This document shows, piece after piece, positions 40,545 to 48,886 of a stretch of DNA of 64,000 bases. The stretch lies in assembly GCA_964474885.1 (NCBI GenBank), contig CAYYWO010000002.1, positions 96,870-160,869 of the forward strand, in the 5' to 3' direction. Position 1 is the first letter of the stretch. The number at the start of each line of letters is the position of its first letter. The stretch is from Candidatus Hadarchaeota archaeon (GTDB taxonomy: Archaea; Hadarchaeota; Hadarchaeia; Hadarchaeales; JAWBSP01). A program made the position numbers and the translations under genes. Under the pieces are notes generated by a model that did not search any database, was not told where the DNA came from, and worked only from the letters and a program-made list of their open reading frames with translations.

Positions 40545-41957
40545 ATGAACCTGTTTTTGGATAGGGAAAGGGAGCTCGCCCTGCTGGAGGACAGATATCG
40601 GAGCAATAGGGCCGAGCTCGTCGTGATTTACGGGAGGAGGAGGGTGGGGAAAACCGAGCTCATAGACCAGTTCATAGCTAGATGCGGCAACGGGGTGAGG
40701 CTCCTCGCGAGGGAGGAATCCAAAACACTCCAGCTGAGCAGGTTCGCGGCGAAGCTCGGAGATTTCTTTCAGGATGAATTTCTGAAGAAGGCGCCCTTCA
40801 CGGACTGGGATGGATTCTTCGAATACCTGTCGAGAAGAGCCGATAGGCGTGTGATCATCGCGATAGACGAATTCCCCTACCTGATCAAGGAGGACAGGGC
40901 ACTGCCCTCGATCTTGCAGGATTACTGGGACAGCAAGTTGAGGAAAACGAGGATATTCCTAGTGCTCTGCGGCTCGAGCATCTCCATGATGGAGTCAAAG
41001 GTCCTGGGGCACCGGAGCCCCCTCTACGGAAGGCGCACCGGGCAGCTCCTGATCAAGCCCTTCAGCTTCACCCCCATCCTGCACTACGTAGGGGACTTGG
41101 AGAGGGCTGTCGAGTTTTATTCGGTCTTCGGCGGCACGCCCGCTTACATCATGGAGATCGACCCGAGGAAGGACGTCTTCACCAACATAGCCGAGAAGAT
41201 CCTGAGAGAGGACTCCTTCATTTACAGGGACGTCGAATTCGTGCTCAGGCAGGAGCTGGTGGAGCCGAGGTACTACTTCTCCATCCTGCTCTCGATCGCG
41301 AGAGGAAACCACCGGGTAGGCCTGATAGTGAATGATACCGGATTGAGCAAAAGCATAGTGAACAAATATCTGTCCGTTTTGAGGGACCTCCAGCTGATTC
41401 ACCGCGTGGTTCCGGTAACAGAGGGCTACAGGAGCAGGAGGGGACTGTGGTTCCTGTCTGATAACCTCTTCGATTTCTGGTTCAGGTTCGTCTACCCCTA
41501 CATCGACGACATAGAGCGGGGCAGGTCGGACCTCGTAGTCAGCGATCACATCAAACCCAACTTCAACGAGTACGTCGGGAGGCACTTCGAGCCCATCGTC
41601 CGGGAATTCCTGGAAGGAATGAACGCGAAGTCCCTCCTCCCCTTCCGCTTCACGAAGATCGGCAGGTGGTGGCAAGGGGACGTAGAGATCGACGCGGTGG
41701 CGCTGAACGAGCGAACCAAGGAAATCCTCTTCGTGGAGTGCAAGTGGCGGGAGAGGGTGGATGTCAAGAAAGTCCTGCGCGAACTGAAAGAGAAAGCGGG
41801 CCTGGTCGACTGGAGGAAGAAAGGGCGGAAGGAGTACTATGCTATTTTCGCCAAAAGCTTCCGGGAGAAGGTCGAGGAAGAGAACGTGCTACTTTTCGAT
41901 CTGAAGGATATGGAGAACGCCTGGCGCACTCAATTGGGCCCGTCGACCCGACCATGA
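40545..41957 (+). CDS. Archaeal AAA-type ATPase with DUF234 and C-terminal PD-(D/E)xK nuclease-like domain
   Basis: F.DRE.EL, YGRRRVGKT, IDEFPYL, CGSS, SPLYGR, GG.P.Y, F.FWFRFV, EID...FVECKW. Confidence 0.92.
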   Translation: MNLFLDRERELALLEDRYRSNRAELVVIYGRRRVGKTELIDQFIARCGNGVRLLAREESKTLQLSRFAAKLGDFFQDEFLKKAPFTDWDGFFEYLSRRADRRVIIAIDEFPYLIKEDRALPSILQDYWDSKLRKTRIFLVLCGSSISMMESKVLGHRSPLYGRRTGQLLIKPFSFTPILHYVGDLERAVEFYSVFGGTPAYIMEIDPRKDVFTNIAEKILREDSFIYRDVEFVLRQELVEPRYYFSILLSIARGNHRVGLIVNDTGLSKSIVNKYLSVLRDLQLIHRVVPVTEGYRSRRGLWFLSDNLFDFWFRFVYPYIDDIERGRSDLVVSDHIKPNFNEYVGRHFEPIVREFLEGMNAKSLLPFRFTKIGRWWQGDVEIDAVALNERTKEILFVECKWRERVDVKKVLRELKEKAGLVDWRKKGRKEYYAIFAKSFREKVEEENVLLFDLKDMENAWRTQLGPSTRP

Positions 41958-41986
41958 GCCACTTGGAGCCCGCCAAAACCCTTCCG

Positions 41987-42411
41987 TCACTTCCCGAGTT
42001 TCTTCAACGTCTTTCTGAACCTGGGCAGCTTCCGGGCGAGCTTGAGAGCTTTTGCCGCTTTTGCTGCCTTCGCCGCACGCGTTGCGCGAGCGACCCTCGT
42101 CGCCCTCACGACCCTCGCCACCCGCAAAAGCCTGAGGCCTCGGATCACGCGCATCTCCATCCAAGTGGTCGGTACGATCCCAGGTGGTCGCGCCCAGCTC
42201 TCCCGCAACCACCGGGGCTTGACGGAGCCCTGCGAAATCTGACGGCAAGACCGGAGATGAAGACCGCGCACACCGCGAGGTCGATCCACCCAAACAGCTC
42301 CTCCTGCTCGGGGGTCGGTTCGAGGAGCAGGGAGAGCGCCAGCAGGGTACGAGGAGATCGCGAGTCCCGCTATCAATAGATCGAACAAGCCAGCTCGAAA
42401 TCCTCGGGCAT
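41987..42411 (-). pseudogene. Stand-alone voltage-sensor-like (S1-S4) membrane protein, frameshifted, no pore domain
   Basis: Reconstruction: FDLLIAGLAI / LLALSLLL..WIDLAVCAVFI..LAVRF / WLRESW..IVP / RVIRGLRLLRVARVVR. Confidence 0.65.
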
Positions 42412-42612
42412 TCAGAGCTCAGATAAAATTGATTCCCCGGGACAAAAGGTGGGCTAGACGGATTCAAACCGAGTGCTGATGGAAACTAGAAACCAGTATC
42501 GGCGGGAAGCGGCGGCCCCGGAGGCCTTGCATGTTCTGATTAATATTCGGATGTTGCGAATCCGGCTCCATACAAGAAATAGCAGTTTATATTGGACCGA
42601 AAATGAGAGAAA

Positions 42613-43473
42613 ATGAGGAAGTTTAGATTACCACTTGGGATCACAATAGTTGTCCTTTCCTTGATCCTAACCGTGCCTACATCCATGGGTATAGGTGGAG
42701 CTACTCTCATCTCGGACGAATGGTGGGGACAGTTTAGGGTGATCAACCCCCATGGGAAGCTCACCCAGCTCGTGTTCATAAGCTATGAACCTGAATTCGT
42801 TCAGACATCTGGGCCAGTAGAGATAGGCGATCCAGATGGAGACGGCGCTCTAGATGCTTATGAGCTTTCGGGCCTCTGGTGGAATCTGGATAGGTACCCC
42901 AACGGGGTTCCCTATACAATCAATCCCTTGGGAGGGCTCTGTTACGGATTATCCACGGGAGCCGTAGTAAGCGAGATCAAAGCGGCTCTCGAGAATTGGG
43001 ATTTAGCCGTCGATTATGAAAACTACGAGAGCTGTAAGACCACCTATCACGTAGAACTCTACAATGATGACGTAACGGTAGATTATTTTGCAAGGGCGAG
43101 CACGTGGCTCCCAGACTACAGAAATGTAATAACCTGGGGTCTGCTAAGACCTAAGGTAATAGCGGTAGCCTCGATATGGTACGTGAGTGAGACAGGGGAA
43201 ATAGTTGACGCCGACATAATACTGAACTACCTGTACAGGTGGGGGATAGACCCCGACGATGAGGGCAGCGCGAAGCTGTCGCACGCTTTTGACATTCAAA
43301 ACATCGTGACCCATGAGGCAGGACACTGGACCGGGCTCACCGATCTGTACAATGAGGAATACTCGGAGATGACGATGTACGGACACACGAAATACGGGGA
43401 AGTCAAGAAGGTTTCTCTGGAACCTGGGGACATAGCAGGGGCGCAAAAGGTGTACGAGCGCTGGAGGAAATAG
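42613..43473 (+). CDS. Secreted matrixin/metzincin-like zinc metalloprotease
   Basis: Signal-peptide-like N-terminus; DADIILN, FDIQNIVTHEAGHWTGLTD, Met-turn TMYG. Confidence 0.85.
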   Translation: MRKFRLPLGITIVVLSLILTVPTSMGIGGATLISDEWWGQFRVINPHGKLTQLVFISYEPEFVQTSGPVEIGDPDGDGALDAYELSGLWWNLDRYPNGVPYTINPLGGLCYGLSTGAVVSEIKAALENWDLAVDYENYESCKTTYHVELYNDDVTVDYFARASTWLPDYRNVITWGLLRPKVIAVASIWYVSETGEIVDADIILNYLYRWGIDPDDEGSAKLSHAFDIQNIVTHEAGHWTGLTDLYNEEYSEMTMYGHTKYGEVKKVSLEPGDIAGAQKVYERWRK

Positions 43474-43586
43474 CTTAAAGCCCACACGGTTCCCAATCGC
43501 AGTAAGGGGCTCAACAAATTCAAAAACAACTCGGGCAAGGTAACCTGTCCAAACGGACGTAGCCAAAATATATATCAATCTCGGAG

Positions 43587-44072
43587 GTGAAGATGCCGAG
43601 GATCGAGAAAACTATAGAGGTCGAGGTTCCCTTAGAGAAAGGTTTTTGGTACATTGCCGATGGAGAAAATTGGCCCAAATGGTACCCATCGCTCAAAAAA
43701 GCAAAGCGCATCAAGGGGAAAGTCGGCCCTAGCTCGGTGATGCATTACATAGCCGAAATAAAAGGAAAGCGCTACGAGTTCGAGACACGCGTGGTTGAGT
43801 GGGATCCTCCCAGGAGGTATTTGGATGTGTCCCGATTCAGAACCCGGTTAATCAAGCACTACATGCACGAGGGAAGATTCAAACCGACCAAGAAAGGGTT
43901 CAAATACACTTTCATCCTAGATTATCGGTTCGGACCTCCTGGGCTTGGGTGGCTTATCGAAAGACTACGGAAGCGGGAGATAGAGCGAAGCATAGAGGAA
44001 GCACTCAAGAACCTCAAGAGCGTGCTCGAACACAAATTCGGGCAGCGGGGGCGCGAGGGACGTCGAAAGTAG
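43587..44072 (+). CDS. SRPBCC/START-family protein
   Basis: IEVEVPLE..F.YIAD.ENWPKWYP, VVEWDPP, C-terminal helix. Confidence 0.8.
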   Translation: MKMPRIEKTIEVEVPLEKGFWYIADGENWPKWYPSLKKAKRIKGKVGPSSVMHYIAEIKGKRYEFETRVVEWDPPRRYLDVSRFRTRLIKHYMHEGRFKPTKKGFKYTFILDYRFGPPGLGWLIERLRKREIERSIEEALKNLKSVLEHKFGQRGREGRRK

Positions 44073-44108
44073 TCTGGTTGGCCACATCTTGAAGATGGAA
44101 AAAATCGT

Positions 44109-45278
44109 TTGACAATGCGCAAAGGGGAATTTTTAATAGCCCTCCTGCTCTCGATCCTCCTGATCGAGCTTTCTTTGTGTTTCAGGCCTTTAGAGAAAAA
44201 TCTCCAACTAAAGGTTGGTTATAACGTGATAATAGATCGGGAGATACCCCAAGAAAAAGCCGAACTCCTAGCCAAAAGGCTAAAAGAAGCTAATTGTGAA
44301 GTGGCCAAAGTCTGGCTCCCTACCAGGTTACTGAAAACCAAGGTTCTCGACAACGGGGAGTACGGAGGATGGGATTTTTCTCTTTACGACCGGGTCTTGG
44401 AGCCGATTGCCAGAGAGGGGATCGAGATCATCCTCGAACCGGTGTTCAGGAGTGCGGGCGACATGAACATCCCGGATCTCCGAGAAGATATGCTGGTGGT
44501 CAGGGGAGGCAAGAGGGTTCCCTTTCCCTCCTTGCTTCACCCCAGGGTTAGGGAATACATCCTCAGCACCTTGGAAGCCATCTCCGCACACTATGCCAAA
44601 ACAGAAATCGGAGAAAAGATCGTCGCCATCGACATCTTGAACGAGCCCTACATCTTCAATTTCGGCGGGCTATCGATACTCGTGGAGGAAAACCACAGAG
44701 TTGTTCCTGCATTTCTCATGCCCGATGAAAAACCTGATTGTAATCAGGACTTCTATTGGCAGGTTGAGAAAATTGCTGAGTTCGTGGGGATGGCAAGCGA
44801 TAGGATAAAAATGCACCTCAGAGGGACAAAAACCATGGTGGTTGCCGATGGTGGGTTTTTTACGTTTCCCCCATCGATAGCTCTGCACAAAGCCCTGTGG
44901 GAAAAGGTCGATCTGATCGGCATCGATCCTTACGTAGGATCCTTCGCGGGATACAAGAATCCCTTCCCTTGGTTTTACTATAAAATGCTCGTGGAACAAG
45001 CCAAACAGGCAAGCAAGCCGATTTGGGTGACCGAGTGGAACTGGGATGCCGCCTGGTGGTACGAGTGGACCATGCCCCTTGATTTCCCGAAGGAGTTCGT
45101 CGAAAGAAGTGCCGATTACGGAGTAGAGGGAGTGTGTTTCTTTTTGTTCAACTCTTTTGGAAAACCGGGGTTGTTCGCCCTTTACGATCTGGAAGGGGAC
45201 GAGATCCCTCCTGAGAAGCTTGAGATTTATGAGGCCGTCAAAAAAGCCTACGAAGAAATCAAGGGGGGAGAAGAATGA
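44109..45278 (+). CDS. Membrane-anchored clan GH-A glycoside hydrolase (GH5/GH42-like)
   Basis: N-terminal TM; WDFS.YD, acid/base DILNEP, nucleophile PIWVTEW. Confidence 0.75.
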   Translation: MTMRKGEFLIALLLSILLIELSLCFRPLEKNLQLKVGYNVIIDREIPQEKAELLAKRLKEANCEVAKVWLPTRLLKTKVLDNGEYGGWDFSLYDRVLEPIAREGIEIILEPVFRSAGDMNIPDLREDMLVVRGGKRVPFPSLLHPRVREYILSTLEAISAHYAKTEIGEKIVAIDILNEPYIFNFGGLSILVEENHRVVPAFLMPDEKPDCNQDFYWQVEKIAEFVGMASDRIKMHLRGTKTMVVADGGFFTFPPSIALHKALWEKVDLIGIDPYVGSFAGYKNPFPWFYYKMLVEQAKQASKPIWVTEWNWDAAWWYEWTMPLDFPKEFVERSADYGVEGVCFFLFNSFGKPGLFALYDLEGDEIPPEKLEIYEAVKKAYEEIKGGEE

Positions 45279-45850
45279 GATTGCTCAGAATTCTCTCGGG
45301 CATATTCGAACCGAAAAGAGCATTTGAGGCAGATACGGACTTCTGGGAAATTCTTTTAGCCTTGGTGCTGGATGGCTCCCTAGTCGGGCTTTGGCTCAGC
45401 CTCTCCCTAGCCCATCGCGTTTTCTTAAAAGTCGTGGTCTTTGCAATTCCGGTCACGGTGCTCGCCTGGGCTATCATCTCCGCCATCCTTTGGATTCTAG
45501 CCAGGATCAGATCGAAAATAAAATTGTATCAAGTTCTGAGAATCGAAGGTATAGCTTTCCAAGCTCTGATTCCTTGCCTAGTTCTTTTAACCCCCTACAC
45601 GAATGCATACGGGCTGGATATCTCTAGGTACGGAGGTGGGATCCTCTATCCGCTCTCCGTCTCGCTTCTGATCCTGAGCTGGGCGCTTTCGATCACTTAC
45701 CTAGGGTTCAGACATTTCAAGGTGAGTCCCAGATGGTCCCTAGGAGTTTTGATCGCCTATATGACCTCGATCGTGCTAGGAGCTGAGATCTTCATGCGCT
45801 ATCTCTCAGCAGGGCACTTCAGCATATTCGATCTTTTGAGACTAGCCTGA
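45275..45850 (+). CDS. Multi-pass membrane protein (Yip1-like)
   Basis: About 5 hydrophobic helices, N-terminal IF.P..AF; ATGA overlap with the GH gene. Confidence 0.55.
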   Translation: MRLLRILSGIFEPKRAFEADTDFWEILLALVLDGSLVGLWLSLSLAHRVFLKVVVFAIPVTVLAWAIISAILWILARIRSKIKLYQVLRIEGIAFQALIPCLVLLTPYTNAYGLDISRYGGGILYPLSVSLLILSWALSITYLGFRHFKVSPRWSLGVLIAYMTSIVLGAEIFMRYLSAGHFSIFDLLRLA

Positions 45851-45869
45851 TCTAACTCTTGAAAAACCA

Positions 45870-45943
45870 TGGGCCCGGAGGGATTCGAACCCTCGACCAC
45901 CCGGTTATGAGCCGGACGCTCTACCTGGCTGAGCTACGGGCCC
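45870..45943 (-). tRNA. tRNA-Ile2 (CAU anticodon, agmatidine type); tRNA-Met less likely
   Basis: GGGCCCGTAGCTCAGCCAGGTAGAGCGTCCGGCT-CAT-AACCGGGTGGTCGAGGGTTCGAATCCCTCCGGGCCCA; GGGCCC acceptor stem typical of archaeal Ile tRNAs; no encoded CCA. Confidence 0.92.
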
Positions 45944-46009
45944 TCCAATTCTTATCTTGAAACTAAATCAATCTATCCCTTTTTGAACCAATTCGAGAAG
46001 TATGAGGGT

Positions 46010-46990
46010 ATGAGGATCTTCACCCACGGGGACGGGGATGGGGTGTGCTCCGCCGCCCTAGTGAAACACCTGAACCCGGAAGCCGAGGTCTGGTTCGCCA
46101 AACCCGCATCCCTGCACAGGTACCTCTCGGAGCTGCAGGGGGAGGACAGGGTTTACATCCTGGACATAGCCCTGAACGAGCGCTTCAAGAACATCATCTT
46201 CCCCAAGCTGGAGGAGCTCTCTAAGTCCGGGGAGGTGATCTACATAGACCACCACCCCCTCCCCCTGGACATCTTCAAGAGGGACGTGCCCGGGAGGTTC
46301 ATCCACGAGGTGGGGGTGAGCACCTCCGAGCTCACCTTCAGGCTCTTGGAGGCCGAGCTGCCCGCGGAGATGGACAGGGTTGCACTCTGGGGTGCCCTGA
46401 GCGACTACTGCGAGGAGACACGATTCGTGTGCGAGCACCTGAGCAAGTACGACAGACGGACCATCTACCTGGAGGCGGGCCTGCTCACCCAGGCCTTGAC
46501 AGAGGCGGACTTCGATTACAAGAGGCGGGTGGTGGAGGAGCTGGCCAGGGGGCGCAGCCCCGTGGAGATAGAGGGCATGTTCGAGTGGGCGAGGAAGGCG
46601 ACGGAGAGGGACAGGCAGATATGGGAGTACGTGAAGCGGAACGTGCAGAAGGAGCGGAACCTGGCCATCGTGTACGCCCTGGACACCCCGCTCATCTCCA
46701 GCGGAGGGAAGGCCGCCTTCTACGCCCTAGGGGTGACGGACGCGGACGTGGGCATGTGCATCCTGCGCAAGGGGGACGAGATGGACATCTCCATGCGGCG
46801 GAGGGCAGGGGTCAGGATAAACCTGGACCTGCTACTCAGGAAGACGGCTCTCAGGTTCGGGGGCTCCGGAGGCGGGCACGAGGGGGCTGCCGGGGCTAGG
46901 GTGCCCCAGGACAAGTTCGAGGCCTTCATGGAAACGTTGAAGAGGGAGATCTCCCCCATCCTGCCCAAGGATACAAGCCTCAGGAGATGA
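46010..46990 (+). CDS. DHH/DHHA1 family phosphoesterase
   Basis: THGDGDGVCSAA, ILDI, YIDHH, LSDY, GGGHEGAAGA. Confidence 0.88.
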   Translation: MRIFTHGDGDGVCSAALVKHLNPEAEVWFAKPASLHRYLSELQGEDRVYILDIALNERFKNIIFPKLEELSKSGEVIYIDHHPLPLDIFKRDVPGRFIHEVGVSTSELTFRLLEAELPAEMDRVALWGALSDYCEETRFVCEHLSKYDRRTIYLEAGLLTQALTEADFDYKRRVVEELARGRSPVEIEGMFEWARKATERDRQIWEYVKRNVQKERNLAIVYALDTPLISSGGKAAFYALGVTDADVGMCILRKGDEMDISMRRRAGVRINLDLLLRKTALRFGGSGGGHEGAAGARVPQDKFEAFMETLKREISPILPKDTSLRR

Positions 46991-47951
46991 GCTGGACCTC
47001 CTGGCCCATCCCCTTTTCCTTAGCCCTCCGGTAAACCTCCCAGGCGACCGCGATATCCTGGATGGCCAGGCCCGTGGAGTCGAATACGGTTATCTCATCC
47101 TCGGACTCCCTCCCCGGCTTCCTGCCCGCCACTATTTCCCCCAGCTCCGCGTGCACCTGCTCCAGCCTGAACTCCCCCTTGGATAGAGGCACGTTTATCT
47201 CCCCGCTGCGGGAGGCCTGCTCCAGGTCGTCCACCACCACCTTTGCCCTCCGGAGCAGCCTGGGATCCAGCTCCTGCTTGCCCGGGGCATCCGCCCCTAT
47301 CGCGTTTATGTGGGTGCCCTCACCCACCCACTCGCTCTTCACCAGCGGACAGGTGGAGGGGGTCGCGGTCACCAAGAGGTCCGCCCCCCTCACAGCCTCC
47401 GCCGGCTCCCGCACGGGTACCACGTCCAGGCCCAGCCTGGACATCTCCTCCGCGTACTTCCGAGCGCCTCTCCTTGACCAGACCCTGACCTCCCTGATGG
47501 GGCGGACGTGCAGGAGGGCCTGGAGCTGGTGCCTTGCCTGAACCCCCGCCCCTATCACGCCCAGCCTCTCGCAGTCCCGCCTGGCCAGGTGCTTGGTGGC
47601 TACCGCCGAGGCCGCAGCCGTCCGCACCGCCGTCAGCCAGGTGCCGTCCATCAGGGCCAGGGGGGTGCCCGTCTCGGGATCCAAGAGGAGGATGGTGGCC
47701 ATCACGGAGGGGAGGCCCCTCTCGGGGTTCCCCGGGTGCACGTTCACCACCTTCACGCCCGCCGCTCCCAAGGCCTGCATGTAGGCCGGCATGACCCTGA
47801 AGTCCCCACGCTCGAACTGAACGTAGACCTTCGGGGGCATCTGGACCCTCCCCTCCCCCTTCTGCCTGAAGGCCCGCTCCACGCAGTCTATCGCCTCGGG
47901 CAGGCTCAGGAGGCCGCGCAGCTCGCTCCCCTTGAGCAACAGCACCATCAC
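46980..47951 (-). CDS. ala: Alanine dehydrogenase (ornithine cyclodeaminase/mu-crystallin family)
   Basis: QMPPK.Y, GDFRVMPAY, KVVNVHP.N, RTAAAS, GAGVQA, GAD.PGKQE, FDSTGLAIQD. Confidence 0.88.
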   Translation of the reverse strand: MMVLLLKGSELRGLLSLPEAIDCVERAFRQKGEGRVQMPPKVYVQFERGDFRVMPAYMQALGAAGVKVVNVHPGNPERGLPSVMATILLLDPETGTPLALMDGTWLTAVRTAAASAVATKHLARRDCERLGVIGAGVQARHQLQALLHVRPIREVRVWSRRGARKYAEEMSRLGLDVVPVREPAEAVRGADLLVTATPSTCPLVKSEWVGEGTHINAIGADAPGKQELDPRLLRRAKVVVDDLEQASRSGEINVPLSKGEFRLEQVHAELGEIVAGRKPGRESEDEITVFDSTGLAIQDIAVAWEVYRRAKEKGMGQEVQLIS

Positions 47952-48072
47952 TCCATTCCCGCCTCTTAAAAAGGGATGAGGAGCGAAAAATCGAAGTTTT
48001 GCTCAACTCAAGGGGGGTGGTTATCAATCTCATGTTATTTGCCAAAGCACCCGGGCGTGAATCTTTACTCCT

Positions 48073-48759
48073 CTAACTCCTGTAGAGCCGTTCAGCCTCT
48101 TCTAACACTTTATATAGCCATTCACGCGTTCGCTGGAACATACCTCCCACGATTTCGTTGAGACGAGGATCTGAGGAGCTTCCCTGCTTCAGAGCGTCAA
48201 CCATCTCGTTTATCTTCCAAGGGATGGCGAAAATCGGGAATTCGATGAGACGACGTCTTTCTGCCGGCGGATGTAACACGAGCTCTCTCTCGTCCTCTGG
48301 AAGCTCGTTCAACTTCCTTATTTCACCGTTTTTCTCAAGCTCGGGGTCAACGAGGAGGTGAAGAATTGCTCTTGCACCATATAGCTGACCAATTAGAACC
48401 ATGGCCGCCGACATCGTCTTCCTACCACCAGCCAAGCTCAGGTATACATCGTTCCCCCTGGAGCACTCCCTGCCCACCACAACCGCAACCTTTCTCATGA
48501 ACTCCGCATTATCCTGCTCGTCGTATATGTCGTTCCTGCGGATGCAGATGTGCTCCGTTTCCAATTTAATGTCAGAGTACCTTTTACTGAACTCTTTTTC
48601 AAGCAGGGGAACGCACTTTCCCCAAATCAGCGGATCACTTGTAGCCGCGATGTAAACACGACGAGGTCTCTTCCCTTCATCGATGAGGGCATCAACAGTT
48701 CCTGTGACAACCCCCGGAGAACGCCCCAGCGATGCTACAAGGACTAGCGCTTTTTTCAT
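48073..48759 (-). CDS. CARF-domain CRISPR ring-nuclease-type protein (Csx14/NE0113, Crn1-like)
   Basis: ASLG.SPGVVT.TV..L, DI, SLAGGRKTMS. Confidence 0.8.
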   Translation of the reverse strand: MKKALVLVASLGRSPGVVTGTVDALIDEGKRPRRVYIAATSDPLIWGKCVPLLEKEFSKRYSDIKLETEHICIRRNDIYDEQDNAEFMRKVAVVVGRECSRGNDVYLSLAGGRKTMSAAMVLIGQLYGARAILHLLVDPELEKNGEIRKLNELPEDERELVLHPPAERRRLIEFPIFAIPWKINEMVDALKQGSSSDPRLNEIVGGMFQRTREWLYKVLEEAERLYRS

Positions 48760-48886
48760 TGGGCTTTCAATCTGAATGTATTTAATTTTTGGCTCCCCGA
48801 ATACTAGCTACTCTCGATGGCTCTTATACCTAGACCGGTACGGTCCCAGCCTCTCAAATCTCTAGCAGGGGGAACGAGGACTAGAG

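Noticed and set aside
42545-42557. tattcggatgttg recurs near 63969
   Set aside because: Isolated 13-mer; the second copy lies in a probable coding frame and the similarity does not extend
36200-45943. Intact provirus or integrative element at tRNA-Ile2
   Set aside because: No integrase, replication or capsid genes and no exact att duplication; only a degenerate fragment at about 42450 (reported separately)
45870-45943. Calling the CAU tRNA an initiator or elongator Met
   Set aside because: Lacks the A1-U72 pair and three consecutive G-C anticodon-stem pairs of initiators; the GGGCCC acceptor stem fits Ile2
48764-48772. ctttcaatc (repeat 3' handle GATTGAAAG on the minus strand) just upstream of the csx14-like start
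   Set aside because: Only 9 bp, so about 0.5 chance occurrences are expected in 64 kb over two strands; the rest of the repeat is absent
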